Under the pieces are notes generated by a model. That model saw nothing but the letters and a program-made list of their open reading frames with translations, did no database searches and was not told where the DNA came from. A stretch of 64,000 nucleotides of DNA from Eledone cirrhosa (lineage: Eukaryota), in NCBI GenBank assembly GCA_964016885.1, contig OZ024746.1, positions 94,860,001-94,924,000 on the forward strand. The letters run 5' to 3'. Shown here one piece after another: positions 59,289-64,000 of the stretch (within the stretch, counting starts at the first letter, position 1; each line of letters begins with the position of its first letter). Both the position numbers and the translations under genes were made by a program.

Positions 59289-59321
<33 letters not shown>

Positions 59322-59328
59322 TCATACA

Positions 59329-59361
<33 letters not shown>

Positions 59362-59373
59362 TCATACATACAA

Positions 59374-59405
<32 letters not shown>

Positions 59406-59420
59406 TCATACATACATACA

Positions 59421-59453
<33 letters not shown>

Positions 59454-59465
59454 TCATACATACAA

Positions 59466-59497
<32 letters not shown>

Positions 59498-59508
59498 TCA
59501 TACATACA

Positions 59509-59541
<33 letters not shown>

Positions 59542-59612
59542 TCATACATACAAACATACATACATACATAGATACATACATAGATACATGCATACATATA
59601 TACATACATATG
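59188..59612. repeat. (CATA)n with periodic ATATTC interruptions
   Basis: Direct inspection. Confidence 0.95.
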
Positions 59613-60045
59613 TATATGTGTATGAGAGAAAGGGGGGGTTGTGTGGGTGTGCGTATGAGTGTCTGTGGTGGGTGTGTATGTGTATAACTATATTCCGTTG
59701 AGTGATATGAGACTCGTGGAAGAGAATTTTTCTAAGTACAGCCTAAGTTATTCTAGGTTAATAATATTTAGATAACAAGGCTGTTGGGTTAACAGAATCA
59801 GCAGAGAGGCGGGCAAGTTGGTAAATTGGCAGCACTTGTGGTACATGTTCTACTTGCAGTATTTGTGGTATTTAGTTGGTGCCCTTCACCATCCCACCGA
59901 GCTTAACCTTGCCCTTTGTCTTTCCAGAGATCGAGGAAAATATTATGCCAAAGAAGTACGAAGTTCGATTTTAAAAGGCACCCATTGAACTAACTGGCCA
60001 CGAGTTGTACCCGTATGAATGACTGACCATTAATTTGTCTCGCCT

Positions 60046-61467
60046 AGGGCCAAACCTAGGCAGAGTGTGGAAGACCAGGGCCAAGACTAGGCAGAGTGTG
60101 GAAGGCCAGGGCCAAGACTAGGCAGAGTGTGGAAGGTCAGGGCCAAGACTAGGCAGAGTGTGGAAGACCAGGGCCAAGACTAGGCAGAGTGTGGAAGACC
60201 AGGGCCAAGACTAGGCAGAGTGTGGAAGGCCAGGGCCAAGACTAGGCAGAGTGTGGAAGGCCAGGGCCAAGACTAGGCAGAGTGTGGAAGACCAGGGCCA
60301 AGACTAGGAAGAGTATGGAAGACCAGGGCCAAGACTAGGCAGAGGGTGGAAGGCCAGGGCCAAGACTAGGCAGAGGGTGGAAGGCCAGGGCCAAGACTAG
60401 GCAGAGTGTGGAAGACCAGGGCCAAGACTAGGCAGAGTGTGGAAGACCAGGGCCAAGACTAGGCAGAGTGTGGAAGGCCAGGGCCAAGACTAGGCAGAGT
60501 GTGGAAGACCAGGGCCAAGACTAGGAAGAGTGTGGAAGACCAGGGCCAAGACTAGGCAGAGGGTGGAAGGCCAGGGCCAAGACTAGGCAGAGGGTGGAAG
60601 GCCAGGGCCAAGACTAGGCAGAGTGTGGAAGACCAGGGCCAAGACTAGGCAGAGGGTGGAAGGCCAGGGCCAAGACTAGGCAGAGTGTGGAAGACCAGGG
60701 CCAAGACTAGGCAGAGGGTGGAAGGCCAGGGCCAAGACTAGGAAGAGGGTGGAAGACCAGGGCCAAGACTAGGAAGAGTGTGGAAGACCAGGGCCAAGAC
60801 TAGGCAGAGGGTGGAAGGCCAGGGCCAAGACTAGGAAGAGTGTGGAAGACCAGGGCCAAGACTAGGCAGAGGGTGGAAGGCCAGGGCCAAGACTAGGAAG
60901 AGTGTGGAAGACCAGGGCCAAGACTAGGCAGAGGGTGGAAGACCAGGGCCAAGACTAGGCAGAGTGTGGAAGTCCAGGGCCAAGACTAGGCAGAGTGTGG
61001 AAGACCAGGGCCAAGACTAGGCAGAGTGTGGAAGTCCAGGGCCAAGACTAGGCAGAGTGTGGAAGACCAGGGCCAAGACTAGGCAGAGTGTGGAAGACCA
61101 GGGCCAAGACTAGGCAGAGTGTGGAAGACCAGGGCCAAGACTAGGCAGAGTGTGGAAGACCAGGGCCAAGACTAGGCAGAGGGTGGAAGGCCAGGGCCAA
61201 GACTAGGCAGAGTGTGGAAGGCCAGGGCCAAGACTAGGCAGAGTGTGGAAGACCATGGCCAAGTCTAGGCAGAGTGTGGAAGACCAGGGCCAAGTCTAGG
61301 CAGAGTGTGGAAGGCCATGGCCAAGTCTAGGCAGAGTGGAAGACCATGGCCAAGACTAGGCAGAGGGTGGAAGGTCAGGGCCAAGACTAGGCAGAGTGTG
61401 GAAGACCATGGCCAAGACTAGGCAGAGGGTGGAAGGTCAGGGCCAAGACTAGGCAGAGTGTGGAAGG
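60046..61467. repeat. 31-bp GC-rich tandem satellite, ~45 units
   Basis: Unit CCAGGGCCAAGACTAGGCAGAGTGTGGAAGA. Confidence 0.95.
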
Positions 61468-61639
61468 ATAGCACTCGACTATGTATGCAAGCTTCTCCTT
61501 TTCACGTCACCGAAAATGTCTGAGGGAAAGACAAAAGCCAATACGGTTTGACCCCAGTGTCATAACTACAATATATATATGCACTATACACTATATATAC
61601 ACTATATATACACTATATATACACTATATATACACTATT

Positions 61640-64000
61640 CTAGGGCTGGTAAAATTCCCGAGATCCATTGACGAGTGCTCTCCAGCGGTCTCTGTCCCTT
61701 ATTATCGCTGCCATGTCCTGCGTCTCCAACAGACCAGTGTCTGTCCTTAGGGCATCAACATACGTTAACCTTGGTCTTCCTCTTCCACAGGAGTACTGAG
61801 TGCAATGTCAACTCTGGATGTCGGTGAGCATGTCCAGTTAACCTCAGTCTCCTCTGTGTCACATTTGAGCTGACTTTTGGGATGCTCCCGTACAGCTCTG
61901 AGTTCTTCATCCTCAGAGTATAGTGATTAATGTTCAGAGCCATCCTCAGCATTCTCGTGTAGCACCCATCCACCATCTGAGTGAGTTTCTTGGTCAGTGT
62001 CCAAGTCTCAGACCGGTACAGCAGCACAGACTCCACTACAGCAATGAAGAGGCGGATTTTTAGGTCTTTACGAAGGTCCGACTTCCACACCGATCTCAAG
62101 CTGTGGCATGCCGCCCAGGCTTTGCTCTTCATCTCAACTACATCATCTTCCGTATTCCCAATCTTTTCTCCCAAATACAGGAAGTCCTCAACCAATTCTA
62201 GCGGCTTCCCACCTACATTAGTGATCCTCTCTGGCCTCTCAACATTCTCTACCAGATATTTTGTTTTAGTCTCATTCATTCTCAGCCCCACACTCATCGA
62301 CACAGTCTCAACCTCCTGCATCAAATCCTCTGCCTCCTTCACTGTATTTGTCACCAAAACTATGTCGTCGGCAAATTCAGCATCTGATATCTTTTTCGCC
62401 TTAACTCTCCTGCTCTGAGCCGGTGCTACAGTAAAGCCAGAGTCCTGGTGTTTCTCCAGAGCAAGGCTCATACAATAGTCCACTACGATGATAAAAAGGT
62501 AGGGAGCCAATGTATCTCCCTGGAGCACTCCAGCCAGTATCTCAAAGAACTCTGTCATCCCATCAGGTGTAATGACTTGGGCTTTGGTGTTGGTGTAGAG
62601 GAGTGGGGATTCCATAAGCCTGTAAGATCTTCATCAGGCAGTGACGGTCCACAGAATCAAAGGCCTTCCTAAAGTCAATGAAAACCATGACCGCGGGAAG
62701 GCACTTTGCTCTAGCTCCCTCTTGCCCTCCTTGATCCTCTTCTTGGCTCTCTGAAGCTCTTCTCTGGTGAAAGGCTCTGTCTCAATATCCAGTTCTTCAA
62801 ACAGCCGCCTGATCTCCCCAGTGCTCTGGGATGTGGAGGGTGGCTCTCCTAGAAGGGTCCTAAATTGGTCTAGCCATTTCCTCTTCCTATCCTCGGGTCC
62901 TGTTCCCTGGATCTGACTCGAACACCTTCTCTTCCTCCATGTGATCTCGTTGATGATCATCCAGCTCTCCTTTCATCCAGACCTGTCAACCCCTCTCTCC
63001 ACACATCTGATCTTCTCTATCAGTGCCTCCTCTCTGGCCCCAGTGTAAGCGGTATAGAGTTCTTCCCTCATCACCTCCACAGTCTCCACCCTCTTCTCCG
63101 TAGGATCAGCATAGAATTGGTCCTTGGCAGCTTTCAGGTGTTCTCTGGTTGCACACACTTTTGGTTCTGCAGAGCTGACGTGCTTCCTTTTGTTCTTTCC
63201 CCTCGGCACCAGGTTCTCACTTGCCTCCGCCACTGCATTGGTGAAGCGCCCGTAGCTCCTCGTCACACTCTCCTCGGTCCATCCAATTTCTCTCTCCTTT
63301 GTCTCTCCACACAGAGCACTGAACCTGTTCCTCACTTCCACTGTGAACCTCTCCTGTAGCTTATCATCTTCCTTGAAAGCTCACCAGTCATAGATTGCTC
63401 TCTGGGGTTGAGCCTTGCTCTTTCTTAAGCTCACCCGGACCTCACTCATAACAAGCCGGTGGTCACTACCCAGTGTACTGAAATAGTTGTATGGTTCTGT
63501 GTTCAGAACACTATTCCGCCACTTTTTCCTCACCAGAATGAAATCAATCTGGGACTTAAACAGGTGCATATCTGAGATGTAGGTCTACATCTTCCCCGGA
63601 TTCTTCCTAAACCTTAGGTTGGTCGCTATCAAGTTCGCCTCCAGCAGGGTGTCTTTCAGTAGTCTTCCATTTCGGTTGGTGTTGTTATGGAAGTACCAGC
63701 AAGGATCTTCACTGCCCTCCTTACTCAGATGTGCATTGAAGTCCCCCAAAACAAGCAGGATGTTGTGTGCTTGTGTGGTGTTGACAGCTCTACACACCTC
63801 CTCATGGAACTCTTCCGCACTCACATCACTGTCTCCCTCGGTTGGACTATAGGCTGAGATGACTGTCAGTCTTGGGTTTCCATTGAAGGTCACTCTCAAC
63901 ACTCGCGGGGAGACAGACATTATTTCCCTCACCAATAGACTGGTTTTTGTGCTGAAAACAAAACCCACTCCTCCCACTGCAGCATTGGTCATGTTCCTCA
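61640..64000 (-). mobile_element. RTE-clade LINE (APE plus RT), disrupted, runs off the window end
   Basis: LGDFNAH, QIDFILV, SDHRLV, FIDFRKAFDSVDR, GVLQGDTLAPYLF, EFADD, FLYLG. Frameshifts and internal deletions. Confidence 0.95.

Overview
Eukaryotic, AT-rich, repeat-dominated genomic DNA. The SINE families and dense (TA)n/(CA)n tracts suggest an octopod cephalopod (inference from recalled repeat families). I found no intact host protein-coding gene, and most listed ORFs are microsatellite translations. Recognisable content: relics of RTE, CR1-like, Tx1/L1-like and R4/Dong-like LINEs, two tRNA-derived SINE families, Helentron-type, hAT, piggyBac and mariner MITEs, and several minisatellites. 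The main signal is a swarm of Penelope-like element (PLE) 3' ends inserted into (TA)n. One copy (13.6-14.3 kb) is still attached to a GIY-YIG relic with a CxCx5C linker, pointing to the Hydra clade. About a dozen type I hammerhead ribozyme folds can be read directly from the sequence. Many copies are fold-back inverted repeats whose apex is hammerhead stem II. Otherwise dissimilar families share a covarying 3' hairpin (ACUC-stem-loop-stem-UN-GAGU-RCU) 45-80 nt from the 3' end, which I do not know to be described. All structures were paired by eye and coordinates are approximate.
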